In this document: positions 1-12,250 of the stretch, one piece after another
How positions within the stretch are numbered: position 1 is the stretch's first letter
How the letters are laid out: each line of letters starts with the position of its first letter
Origin: the human T2T-CHM13v2.0 reference genome, Homo sapiens
Assembly (NCBI RefSeq): GCF_009914755.1
Contig: NC_060926.1
Reading direction: 5' to 3' (one strand)
DNA: 64,000 nucleotides
Program-made: the position numbers and the translations under genes
Notes under the pieces: model-generated
What the model was told of the DNA's origin: nothing
The model's database searches: none
Seen by the model: only the letters and a program-made list of their open reading frames with translations

Positions 1-386
1 GAGATAGAGGTTTATCTTTGTTTAAATCTTTGACAAACAACTTTTGGTATTCCTTTTTTTTCCTATAGTTTTAGATCTATGGTATAATGTATTTTATTAT
101 TTTGGAGAGTTGTAAATCACTATTCTTTTAAAATATTTTTTTTCTCTGTTCTTTCTTCTCCTTCTGAGATTCCAAACACATTTATTTTAAAACATTTGAT
201 ATTATCCCATAGCTCTTAGATGCTCTAATCTGGGTTCTTTGCTACTGTTTTTTTTTTTAAGGTTTCATTAGAACATTTCTATTGAACTTCTTTCAAATTC
301 AATACTTTTTTGTCAGCTAAATTGAGTCTACTGATGAGCACACCAAAGTATTATTTATTTCTATTGTCTTGATTTCCTTTTTCTAG

Positions 387-1047
387 TGTTGGGGTTCCAA
401 ATATGATACCCTCAAATGCAGTCGACAGAAGCAGCCTGAGAAGCAAAAGGTTTTCTCTGAGCTTCTCCCGCCCTCTTGTGTCCTTCATTGTCCCCTATGC
501 TGGCCCTTCATTCTCCCCTATGCTTCCCATAGAAACTAGAATCCCATAGCAGGTCATAGAAGCCAGAACTCCTTTTCTCCAAAGTAAGCCATAACACCTA
601 AAAATATTACTCTAACTTTCCCCCTGCCTTTCTGTGTAAAAACTGGCCATTAAGAAATTATCTGGCCTAAGTGGTTTAACTGTAGGTCATAAGATCCCCA
701 TTCCAGAAAGGGTCCTGTTCCATACTCAGAAGGAAGGAATGCTGCTCGGAGAGACCAGGAGAATCTATGCAGACAGGACTTGCTGGGACCCCACTCATTC
801 TATTAGCATTAGATCATAGCCTTTTTGACCAATCATATTTCTACACGGCTGTCTATACTTTGTTGAACCTAAGCATAAAAATGCAGTTTCCCTTATATCT
901 TTGGCTCTTCATTTTGAAGGCTTGTGTGTCACACAAAACTATGATCAAATAAATTTGTATGCCTCTTCTCCTATTAATATGCTTCTTCTCAGTGATTTTC
1001 AGCAAACCTTCAGAGGGCAAAGGAGAAATTTTCCCTTGGCCTCTACA
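387..1047 (+). mobile_element. Solo LTR, MER39-like (ERV1)
   Basis: Starts tgttggggttcc...gatacc and ends aaccttcagagggcaaaggagaaattttcccttggcctctaca (TG...CA termini), with aataaa near 948. Confidence 0.7.
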
Positions 1048-1529
1048 TCGATTTCATTTTATTTTTTCTTATACATTCTACCTTTCTGCTCAAATTCCTC
1101 ATATAATCATGTACATTTGTACATCATCCTTTTTACTACATTCTTATTTCCTGAGAGTTTTAATGGCTGGATCATATTTGATTCTGATTCTGTTGATATA
1201 TTGGTCACTGGACAAAGGGGTTTTGTCCCTTGCTTTTTCAGGTGTTTTATTATTTTTTGGTTAACAAGCAGCATTTTAGGATAGAATAAACTGAAGTAAA
1301 TAGGACATATGACTAGAAATAGGTGAGCTTTCTCTTCTACTACATCTTCATTGCAGGAGTTTGAATCTGTCTATTCAAGAGTTGAACTATGTTTGGGTTT
1401 TGTCATTTCTATGATTATCCTTAATAAGCCAAATCTTAAAATTCCTGTAATTTTCCATCATGCTGACTGCAGGGATTCTGTTCTATAACAAGGTTTTTTT
1501 CTTTGAATTTGTGCCTTAGAGTCAGTTGG

Positions 1530-1551
1530 TCTCTCTCTCTCTCTCTCTCTC
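1530..1551 (+). repeat. (TC)n microsatellite
   Basis: Direct reading of the sequence. Confidence 0.9.
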
Positions 1552-2679
1552 CCCCTCCCTGCCACCCAGAGGTATATCACTGTATTTAATACATAAAACT
1601 TGCATCCTGCTGGTTGTGAGTGGGGGTTATTTTTTGTTGTCCTGGTGCAGCCTTGGATTCTGGCACACCTGTGTCCCTGAGTTTCAGGGATGTTCCTTCT
1701 CCTGCTCGTCATGATAACCAAACTATGCCTTTTGTGTTTTGCAGAGCTTGTGCTAGATAGGTATTACTGCCCCTGCTTCATTGGTAGAAATCTTGAATGG
1801 CTAGACCATTAGATTTTTTTCTACCTCTCCCAAAGACTGGAAGATATTGCCTTTCATTTTCTTTTTCCCCTGCTGTAATGAGTCTTCATTTGTAAACTGA
1901 GGGATTTAGATAGGCTTGTCTGTCCTTTGCTGGGCAGCTTCCTTTTTTTTCTTTTTTCAGAGGAGGAAGAGTTGTTTCATTTTCCCCATAAAGAAGATAG
2001 GGACCCTGGGGTGGCTGGTTCTCCTCATCAAGGTCTCGCCACTAAGGTGTACCTTCTGCATTCTCCCACCCTGTCTCCAATCTTTTGAGCACATGGTGAG
2101 GTCTGTGGAGCAGAGCCTTCCCCGCAAGTGGATGCAAACTTCCTTTGTGTGTGTGTATCGCAAGGGTTCTATAGTTTATTATAGCCCACATTTAGCTTTA
2201 GAAATTAATTTAAAATGCTAGCTGAAATACTCTTAATTACTTCTCTGTCAGATTGATCTTCCTCCCATGCTCTGCTTCAAGCCAGTGTTGATTTCTCTAC
2301 TTCTTCTTGGAGGTGATTATTTTTCTTTAAATTTCTGGAGATATTTTTGCTCTAAAACCTCTTTATTAGATTCAAGATAGGCTACACATTTGTAGAACAT
2401 GTAACTTTTGTTATTATCATTGTTATAATGACAGCAAAGCTCTTTCCAACTTTCTGTTTCCAAAACAGAGCCAGGAGTCAATTGATTTGTTTTTAATGTC
2501 CAAAAAATGACACTTAACATTTAGAAACTAGAGAATTTTCTTTTATATAAAGATACGCTAAGTGTATGCTCTGTTCTTCTAGTGAAGCATTAGAAAAAAA
2601 GACACATTTAAAACCAGTTTCCAATGGCTTCTAGAAAATACATGAACTCAAAGTTAATGCCATGTTAGTCAAGTAATCC

Positions 2680-2825
2680 TATAATGGGAAGTAATGCACA
2701 TGTTAATTAATTAGCTTGATTTAGCCATTTCACAATGTATACAAATATCAAATCATCATGTGGTACATCATAAATATGTATAATTTTTGTCATTTTTTAA
2801 TTAAAAATCTAAAAATTAAATAACT
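2680..2825 (+). mobile_element. L1MA 3' end
   Basis: atgttaattaattagcttgatttagccatttcacaatgtatac...tggtacatcataaatat followed by an A-rich tail. Confidence 0.75.
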
Positions 2826-3059
2826 GTATAAACATGTAAAAAAGTATTTTTTTTCTAACAAAAAACTCATTAATTTGTTTGTGGTATTTTAAGTTCAAAT
2901 CCTAATTCAGCTAATAACATATTAGCACTTTTATTCTTTCAGTTATTCCAGAATTTCTAGAGACAAGGCAATTTAATGGTGGTAATTTATGCTATTAGAC
3001 CTAGTTAAATTAAATAATTAGCACATTGTTTACACAAACAATTAGCAATTCTGAGTGCT

Positions 3060-4130
3060 CCAAAACCTTCAAGCATCACTGTCACTTGATCCATATGGTA
3101 TAATATCCTTGAGGGTATGGGAGGTAGATAAGGATGCCAAATGGAGTGCTTAGGAGACTGCAGTAGGTGAAATTCAGTGCATTAATTCTATACTTCTGGA
3201 TAAGGCCATCCTCTCCACAGCAGAGAATTATTATTCATTAGAAATATGATATCTACTGTGCCTTTGAGCCCTGGGAAAGATTGAGTGTGTCTAAACTGTT
3301 ACAGTAGGTAACTATGAATTTTAGCTACCTATTAGGACATGTATGATTAAATCTACCAAATTTTATGACAAGCAAGGGCAGCACCAGTCTTTTGAGGGAA
3401 GTGATATGTATCACCCAAGTTTTTGCTGTAATAATGCTACATAACAAGTAACAAGAAAATCTCAGTACCTTACAAGAGCAAACATCTATTTTTCTTGACC
3501 ATGGGTTTTTTAGTTGGCAAAAATAACTCCAGGCTGCCAGTTAGATTTAGTTCTGCTTGACATGTCACTCATTTTGAGACCAGTAACTATCCATGACTTG
3601 CTTCTCTCACGATAAATAGCAGAAGTTCAAGGGGAAGGAGGGACAAATGGAAACACACAATGCCTCTTAAACCTTCAGCTCATAATTGACACAATGTCAC
3701 TTCTGCCTCTATTCCACCTCTGCTTCTGCCAAAGCAACTCATAGGGCTAAGTCCAAAGATATAGGATAAAGAAGCATATACTGCTGTGGGGTGCTAGAAG
3801 CAGAGCTTATGAAGAATTGAGAGAGGAAAAAAGAAATGTAGATGAATAAATACCTCATGATACATGTAAGACTGGGCTAAACAAGATACAAAAGACATGA
3901 CTACATTTCATGAAGTGGTTCAGTCTCCCAGGTCAAATCCTTTGAATGCACCAATGCTTGTCTCTCACAGTCCACACTTTGTGTTCTCATGAGACAGTTC
4001 TCCATGAGTAACTGGCAGAAAATACACAGATTTTGGCCTAATTCACAAATAAGTTACTGTGACTTATTACTACTATCTGGAAATAAATTGCTGCCACATT
4101 ATAGCCATACACGGGGTTGGCTATAAAAAT
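3060..4130 (+). mobile_element. Highly degraded ERVL-class internal (pol, RT-connection/RNase H) fragment, split by an MLT1 LTR
   Basis: Collinear similarity to ERVL pol, e.g. ccatatg...cttgagg...gtagataaggatgcc...tggag...taggtgaa...ctggataaggcc...gcagagaattat...ggaagtgatat, then after the LTR catgaag...tggcctaattcacaaat...ctgccacattatagcc. No intact ORF. Confidence 0.55.
3408..3800 (-). mobile_element. Old MLT1 (MaLR) LTR
   Basis: gctgtaataatgctacataacaag...atctcagt...ggaaacacacaatgcctcttaaacc...tgtcacttctgcc...gccaaagcaactcat. Confidence 0.65.
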
Positions 4131-5345
4131 TTATTCAACTTCTATCATCCCTACGAGGGAAACAGTGAGAACATCTTATTCTCACAAAAACTAAGGTCTC
4201 ATATTTGCATATGAGAACTAAATATATAATCTCAGGCACAGTTACATGTGAGTGCCACACAAGGTGGACTACATCAAACATATCTTACATGCCCTCTCAG
4301 ATGCTCTTGGCCATTTTTTCTTCTCGACTCTTGATCGTTTGCTCCACTTCAGCCACTAATACGGCAACTGGTTGCATGTTGGCCTGCTCAGTTTTACCAT
4401 TTGTCTGACAAGATACAAACCAGGAGCCCCTAGATTATCCCCCACCACTTCCAGACTTGGATAAAGTGCTACACTGCAGACCATGACACTTAAATCCTGC
4501 CTCTGTTTCCGTTTTCTAGGGATCCTTAGCTAAGACACCTTTCTTATACTGAATAAAATTAAAAATTTACCTCACACAGATATATCTTACCTTCCCCACA
4601 GTTTGAGGGAGGTCTTCTCTACCAAAGAAAAGTGAGAAAAGAATAGTTAATAGTGACATTTTGGGGAAATAAGTAGAAAATTGTGGGGAGGGGATAGATC
4701 ATTTTAGATAAATTACACCAAATCATTATTCTCTCCAAGAAATTGACACGTTTTATGAATAACTCTATTGTGGCCCTACGTACATTCCCTCTTCTACATT
4801 GAAATTGTTATTTCAAACAAAATTCTAGTTTTAAAAAATGTTGCTAATTATTAGTGAACTATTTTGTGGCACTACAGTATAGTACACACCAATAATACTG
4901 ATGAATAGAAATCATGATTAGACTTTAAATAGTATTTTAACCAACATAAATGTATATGTACATTGCCTTCTATTGTGCAGCAATTAATATTTAAATAGCA
5001 GAATTCAATGGAATAACAATTTTTTTTTTACTTTCAAGCACTGTAGGATATCTTAGAGGGTGTCCTTCTTCTGACCCCAATCCTTTCAAAAGAGTTTATA
5101 TAGAAATTGATGAAGTACTACAATATTAGGGGAAAATCATGAGCTTTGGAGTCTACCAAAATGAACAAGCTATGTGACTTTGCTTAAGTCCTAGTTTATT
5201 CGATTTTAGTAACTCCTTCACATTAGTTTATTGTGATATTTAAATGAGATAACACAAGTAAAATACCTAGAAGGTGTAATTGCTTTTGTAAACCACTGAA
5301 CGTTAACACCATAACTATGGTTAGTCTAAGAAATTCTTAAGATGC

Positions 5346-7650
5346 TATATTCGTCTGTTTTCACACTGCTGATAAAGACATACCTGAGACTGGGCAATTT
5401 ACAGAGGAAAGAGGTTTAATTGGACTTACAGTTCCACATGGCTAGGGAAGCCTTATAATCATGGCAGAAGGCAAGGAGGAGCCAGTCACATCTTTCATGG
5501 ATAGCGGCAGGCAAAGAGAGAGCTTGTACAGGGAGACTCCCGTTTTTCAAAACCATCAGATCTCATGAGACTTATTCACTATCATGAGAACAGCACAGGA
5601 AAGACCTGTCCCCGTGATTCAATTACCTCCCACCAGGTCCCTTCAACAACATGTGGGAATTCAAGATGAAATTTGGGTGAGGACACAGCCAAACCATATC
5701 ATTCCACCCCTGGCCCCTGCCAAATCTCATGTCCTCACATTTCAAAATCAGTCATGCCTTCCTGACAGTCCTCCAGAGTCTTAACTCATTTCAGCATTAA
5801 ATCAAAAGTCCACTGTCCAACATCTCATCTGAGAAAAGGCAAGTCCCTTCTGCCTATAGGCCTGTAAAGTCTAAAGCAAGCTAATTACTTCCTAGATACA
5901 ATGGGGGTACAGGCATTGGGTAAATACAACCGTTCCAAATGGAAGAAATTGGCCAAAACAAAGGGGCTACAGGCCCCATGCAAGTCAAAAATTCAGAGGG
6001 GCAGTCAAATCTTAAAGCTCCAAAATGATCTCTTTTGACTCCATGTCTCACATCCAGGTGACACTGATATGCGAGAGGTGGGTTCCCTTGGTCTTGGGCA
6101 ACTCCATCCCTTTGGCTCTGCAGGGTACAGCCTCCCTCCCTGCTGCTTTCACAAGCTGATGTTGAGTGTCTGTGGCTTTTCCAGACACACTGTGAAAGCT
6201 GTAAGTGGTTCTACCATTCTGAGGTTGGAGGACAGAGGCCCTCTTCTCACAGCTCCACAAGGTGGTGCCCCAATAGATACTCTGTGTGGGGGGCTCTGAT
6301 CCCACATTTCCCTTCCACACTGCCTTATCTGAGGTTCTCCATGAGAACCCCACCCCTGCAGCAAACTTCTGCCTGTACATCCAGGGGTTTCCACACACCC
6401 TCTGAAATCTAGGTGAAGGTGCCCAAACCTCAATTCTTGACTTCTGTGCACCCGCAGGCTCAACACCACATGGATGCTGCCAAGGTTTGGGACTTGCACC
6501 TTCTGAAGTCATGGCCCAAGCTATACCCTGGCCCCTTTTAGACATGGCTGGAGCAGCTGGGACACAGGGCACCAAGTATCTAGACTGCATACAGCATGGG
6601 GACTCTGGGCCTGGCACAAGAAACAATTTTTTCCTTCTAGCCCTCTAGGCCTATGATGGGAGGGGCTGTCTTGAAGACCTCTGAAATACCCTGGAGACAT
6701 TTATGCCATTGTCTTGGGGATTAACATTCAGCTTCTCATTACTTATGCAAATTTCTGCATCCAGCTTGGATTTCTCCTCAGAAAATGGGATTTTCTTTTC
6801 TATCACACTGTCAGCCTGCAAATTTTCCAAACTTTTTTGCTCTGCTTCCCTTATAAAACTGAATGCCTTTAACAGCACCCAAGTCACATCTTGAATGCTT
6901 TGCTGCTTAGAAATTTCTTCCACCAGATACCAGACACCCTAAATCATCTCTCTCAAGTTCAAAGTTCCACAAATCTCTAGGGCAGAGGCAATATGCTGCC
7001 AGTCTCTTTGCGCCAACATAACAAGAGTCACCTTTGCTCCAGTTCTCAACAAGTTCTTCATTTCCATCTAAGACTACCTCAGCCTGAACCTTATTGTTCA
7101 TATCACTGTTAGCACTTTTGTCAAAGCCATTCAACGATTATCTAGGAAGTTCCAAATTTTCCCACATTTTTCTATCTTCCTCTGAGCCCTCCAAACTGTT
7201 CCAGACCCTGCCTGTTACCTAGTTCCAAAGTCACTTCCACATTTTCAGGTATATTTTCAGCAACACCCCACTCTACTGGTACAAACTTACTGTATTAGTC
7301 TGTTTTCACACTGCTGATAAAAACATACCTGAGACTGGGCAATTTACAAAGAAAAGAGGTTTATTTGGACTTACAGTTCCACATGGCTGGGGAAGCCTCA
7401 GAATCATGGCAGAAGGCAAGGAGAAGCCAGTCACATCTTACGTGGATGGTGGCAGGCAAAAAGAGAGCTTGTGCCGGAACAATCCCGTTTTTCAAAACCA
7501 GCAGATCTTGTGAGACTTACTCACTCTCGTGAGAACAGCACGGGAAAGACCTGCTCCCATGATTCACTTACTTCCCACTGGGTCCCTCTCACAACTGTGG
7601 GAGGGGAGTTCAAGATGAGATTTGGGTGGGGACATGGCTAAACCATATCA
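5346..7650 (-). mobile_element. Complete THE1 (THE1A/B-type MaLR) element: LTR 5346-5701, internal 5702-7290, LTR 7291-7650
   Basis: Both LTRs read t(g/a)tatt(a/c)gtctgttttcacactgctgataaa...aaaccatatca, the reverse complement of the TGATATGGTTTGG start. Perfect 5-bp TSD GATGC at 5341-5345 and 7651-7655. Confidence 0.95.
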
Positions 7651-7765
7651 GATGCACTATAGAACCTAAAATTTCCAATGGCTTTTCAGAGTCTATATGT
7701 TTATTTATAAAGCAAAGATGTGGTCTTCTGAAGATAAATAAAAGTGGTTTGAAGTTATAAACGAT

Positions 7766-8059
7766 GGCCGGGTGCAGTGGCTCACGCCTGTAATCCCAGC
7801 ACTTTGGGAGGCCAAGATGGGCAGATCACGAGGTCAGGAGTTCCAGACCGGCCTGGCCAACATGGTGAAACCCCGTATCTACTAAAAATACAAAAATTAG
7901 CCATTGTGGCAGGCACTTATAATTCCAGCTACTTGGGAGGCTGAGGCGGGAGAATTGCTTGAACCCAGGAGTTGAAGGTTGCAGTGAGCTGAGATTGCTG
8001 GAGATGCATTCTAGCCTGGGCAAAAGAGCAAGACTCCATCTCAGAAAAAAAAAAAAAAA
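7766..8059 (+). mobile_element. Alu (AluS, Sg-like)
   Basis: ggccgggtgcagtggctcacgcc..., poly-A tail, TSD core ttataaac on both sides. Confidence 0.95.
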
Positions 8060-8164
8060 TTATAAACAGAGATCCAATATATTGAGAAAATAAGTATCTT
8101 TAATTTAGGAAGATAGACAATTAGATTCCTGCATCCCACCATAAGATATGTACCATGAAGTTTT

Positions 8165-8295
8165 TCGAATATAATAGTTAAGAGCAAATTCCTCAGAACC
8201 ATACTGTCCAGTTTCAAGTCCTGGCCCCACTACTTTCTAGCTGTGGAACTTTACAGTTAGGTAACCTCTCTTAGCTAGTTGTGTCCTCCACAATA
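8165..8295 (+). mobile_element. MIR fragment
   Basis: tagttaagagca...ttcaagtcctggccccactactttctagctgtg...taacctctct. Confidence 0.65.
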
Positions 8296-8830
8296 TGGTA
8301 CAGTTCTGAATGGCCGACTTAAGACCATTCAAAAGCCTCCTGGCATGACTCCCTGCACAATGAAAATTGAAAAGTAAAGTCTCCATTTTTCAGACTCTCT
8401 TGAAGCTAAACATTTTGCACTTGGCCCAGCTTCCATCATAAGTCTGGGCAGGCTGAGATGGGCATTGTGGAATAGCAGTAGGATAACTTCTCCGGAACTA
8501 CAAATACGCAGTCCGGAACCACAGACCTCACTGGAAGGTGAAGCAACTTTCCAGTGGCACCCATGGCACAATCTCTAGGGGACAGTCAGCCCAAACTTTT
8601 CTGAGTAATCTAAAAAAAGAGACTGATGCATCCTGGTTCATCAGCTCTTCTGAATAAGACAGGGAGAGTTGTTCTTGAGCCAGCCAAGATGGTGGTGGCA
8701 GCAGCAGTTCCCTTGCCAGCTCATTTCTGCAGTGTGGCTCTTGGATTGTTCCCAGAAGCTTCTGAGAAGCAGTCTGTGTAAGCTGTATTATTAGCTGCAA
8801 TAAATCCTGCAAAACTGAACTCGGACCAGT
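8296..8830 (+). mobile_element. Old ERVL-class LTR (LTR33-like)
   Basis: cagactctcttgaagcta...ggtggcagcagcagttcc...caataaatcc resembles the LTR33 family. Confidence 0.45.
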
Positions 8831-9249
8831 AAAGAAGAAGATGTAATAGTTAACATGTGAGGGTTAATTAAGATATTATAGAGAAAGCAATTAATCCAGT
8901 TTCTGGCCATAAAATGCATTCTGTCAATATTGGCTATCATTATTATTAGCCAAACAACTTTGGGATTCATTAAATATCTCAACATATGCAATAAAAGTAT
9001 AGTATTGCAAAAACAGATTAATATCAACTTAATCTTCAGATAGTTTAGTTTAAGTGTAATATAAAGATTCATAAATTTCATTGCACAGCATTTACTATTA
9101 TTTCTTGGGAGAAAAACATTAAATGATGTATAGTCACAAATGGCAAACTAGAAAAATGCATCAAAAGAATAAGGAGCTTAGTATATAGACCTATTAAGTT
9201 CTTTGCAAAGAACTAAAGTCCCATAAAAATTTAAAATGTATAATAATGT

Positions 9250-9767
9250 AATTAGTAATCTGAAAATTATGTGTTGTTTTATACCTGTTAAATTAAAAAG
9301 GGTAACACAGAATAATACCCAAAGTTGGCAAGGTACAAAGAAATATACACTTTTATATATCTAAGTAAATTTATAAGTTGATACAACCTCTACACAGAAT
9401 TACCAAAGGCTTAAAAACATGCATATATTTTATCCCAGCAATTCCGTGCCCAGAAATTTATCTTCAAGAAAGTAGGTCAGGCATGGTGGCTCATGCCTAT
9501 AAGCCCAGCATTTTGAGAGGCCTAGGAGTGTGGATCACTTGAGGCCAGGAGTTCGAGACCAGCCTGGCCAACATGATGAAAACCCGTCTCTACTAAAAAT
9601 ACAAAAAATAATAATAACAATAGCTGGATGTGGTGGTGCATGCCAGTAGTCCAAGCTACTTGGGAGGCTGAGACAGGAGACTCCCTTGAACTTGGGAGGC
9701 ACAGGCTTCAGTGAGCCGATATTGCACCACTGCACTGCGCCTAGGCGACAGAGCACGACTCTGCCTC

Positions 9768-9798
<31 letters not shown>

Positions 9799-9980
9799 CA
9801 CAGTTATGTGCAATGGTTCAATCCTAATAAAGTTCACTGTAGCATGAGTAACAAAAGTAAATTTTAATAAAAGTCTAATTGACTATCAGTACAAGATTGA
9901 TTAAGAAAATGGGGAGAAAAATCTATCAAGTAGAATACTATGTAGCCATTGAAATTTGACATATATATAACTATTGACAT
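9250..9980 (+). mobile_element. L1ME 3' fragments flanking an Alu
   Basis: aataatacccaaagttggcaagg...tttatcccagcaattcc...agaatactatgtagccatt. Confidence 0.6.
9475..9798 (+). mobile_element. Alu (AluJ/early AluS)
   Basis: Full dimer with gatcacttgaggccaggagttc and an A/(AAAAG)n tail. Confidence 0.95.
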
Positions 9981-11647
9981 GTGTATTGGAGTAATAACAG
10001 CAAATAGGAGTGCTTATATCCTTTCATTATACTTTTCATATGTATCATTATACATTTGATTTATAAAATTAAAAGAAATTATAACTATAAAGTGGGGCAG
10101 GCAAGAGAGATGTTTAGCTCCATATGTCATGTTTAGCTTCATGGTTTTCATTTTCAGGTGTAAATAAAATAGATTAGTTCTTTTGAAGCGAAAAATATCT
10201 TTACATCACTAATATCTAAAAGATATATGTCATATTAATCATTACATAGAGGAAACTATGCTATCAATGCACAATGCATTTAGCAGATTTAGAAAGGATG
10301 CAAAATGTCCCCTGACAAATTCTCTTTTCAATTGCCTTTGAAATCCAAGTAGGTAACATTAAATTATAAAGTAGTGTGGCCTTAGCCAGATTCTTAAATT
10401 TACATTCTCCCAACCCTTGCTTGTCTTGTGGAGATTTTCCTACTCTGACCCTTTATTTATAGGAAAGATAAGAGATAGAGTCTCCACTCTGAATTTGCAA
10501 AATAGGCCAAGAGATATGATGAAACGATTTCTGTAAGGCAGATTTATTGACAGCATAAAATTTAAATAACACTTTTTACTTGTCTTCCTTCTAATTTGAC
10601 TGATAGTTGAAAAAAATTTATTGAAATTTATTTAACATCATTTTTTCTATTTCTTAAAAATTAGAAACTTTATTATGATTATATCCTATTCAGCTCACAA
10701 ATGTATTAAAGACAAAATACTAAAATTTCTTGCTGATAATCACATTATTTTCTAGGAAATTATTAAAATAACAATTTTCTTACCAGATATTCTTTTTTTT
10801 TTTTTTTGGTAATAATTCACTGCTAACACTTAATAGCAGACATCATGACTGAGCAAGCTGCATTATCAACAGCAAGAAAGCTACCAGATACCCCTCACAG
10901 CATCTGTGTGTTGAGTTCTCAGCTCTGAGTAATTGTCTAAAGAATTAAGCAATGCTAGGGCTAGATATATAATGTCTAAATATGTAGAGTAGCTGCTATT
11001 ATGATAACAGAAAGCTGCCTAGTTATTAAGTTTTGAGATTAGCATTTCTAATAAGGGATTATGCCGCAGTGTTAGGAAAAAGAAGAGAAGTTATGTTTTA
11101 AAATGTCATCAAACAGAATTAAAAACATTTTCCAATGAATAATTGCCAAGTAGATTTTGAGCAAAGCATGCTCAGTAGCACGGTATAATTAGCTAACTTT
11201 ATTAGCCACCCAATATCTAAATGCAAAAGAATATGCCAGCTACCAAAACAAGAGGGAGGAAAGTTAGTGAATGCATCACATGGGCAATTATAAAATTGAT
11301 TCCTACAAATAACACACATAGATACATGTAATAGTTATTGTTACCCAACATGTCTTCACACTGAATTATATGTTCTGCTTCTTTCCTAAATTCTCTCTAG
11401 GACAATGTTGGTTAGGTAGAAATAAAAAACTGAAAACTATGCCCTATATACATAAATACTTTCCCTGACTTAAAACCAAATCTTTCCCAACTGCAACATA
11501 AACTGTCACTAACCTAAAAATATGGAGCACATCTCATGTTTTAAAAAAGAAAATCTGGTTATAATAACCACCCCAATATAATACACATTTCATATATAAC
11601 TCATACTAACTTGAGTTTGTACTCAATCTTCTACAGCATGACATTTC

Positions 11648-11823
11648 CAATGACTGCTGTCCTTCTGAGAAAAAGGGAGAGGACTCACAGAAAGACACAC
11701 AGGGAAGAAGGCCATGTGATTACAGAGGCAGAGACTGGAGTGACGCAGCTTCAAGCTGAGGAATGCCACGTATTGCTGCTAAAGCAGCAGAAGGTCAGAG
11801 ACTCACGGAGCAGATTCTCCCTC
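11648..11823 (+). mobile_element. MLT1 (B/C-like) LTR fragment
   Basis: gacacacagggaagaaggccatgtga...gaggcagagactggagtga...gaggaatgcc...cagattctccc. Confidence 0.75.
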
Positions 11824-12250
11824 TACTTACCTCTACTTATTTGGCTTCAACATGCTCTTTCTTTAATTTCTTAAAGTGATAACTGAAGGGTAATTAGATA
11901 ATTGAAGTGTAAAAATCTTTCTCAATATATACATTTAAAGGTGTATATTTTTCTCTAAGCACAGCTTTAAGTGCATCCCACAAAATTTGTTATGTCATGT
12001 TTTCATTATCATTCAGTTTTAAATATTTTCTGAATTATCTTTTAAATTCTTCTTTACCTGGGCAATATTTAGAAGTGTGTTGTCTAATTTCCAAATATTT
12101 GAGGATTTTTCTAGGTATCTCATTTTTATTTAGTCTAATGTAATACCAATACATTTAGAGAATATACTCTTCCAATTCTGATCCTTTGAAGTTTCTTGAG
12201 GGATATTTTGTTGTCCAGAAAATATTCTATCTCAATGAATGTTCTAGGTA
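11824..12250 (-). mobile_element. L1M ORF2 fragment, antisense
   Basis: tctctaagcacagctttaagtgcatcccacaaaatttg...ttagaagtgtgttgtctaatttccaaatatttg. Confidence 0.75.

Larger units (their letters stand above)
1..2450 (-). mobile_element. Old L1M fragment(s), 5'/ORF1-side region, antisense, interrupted by a MER39-like LTR
   Basis: T-rich sequence such as ttctccttctgagattccaaacaca...catttgatattatcccatagctct resembles antisense L1M ORF1. It resumes after the LTR at about 1048. Boundaries approximate. Confidence 0.55.

Noticed and set aside
6048-7134. 192-aa and neighbouring ORFs
   Set aside because: They lie wholly in the THE1 internal region and are fragmented remnants of the MaLR ORF, not a host gene.
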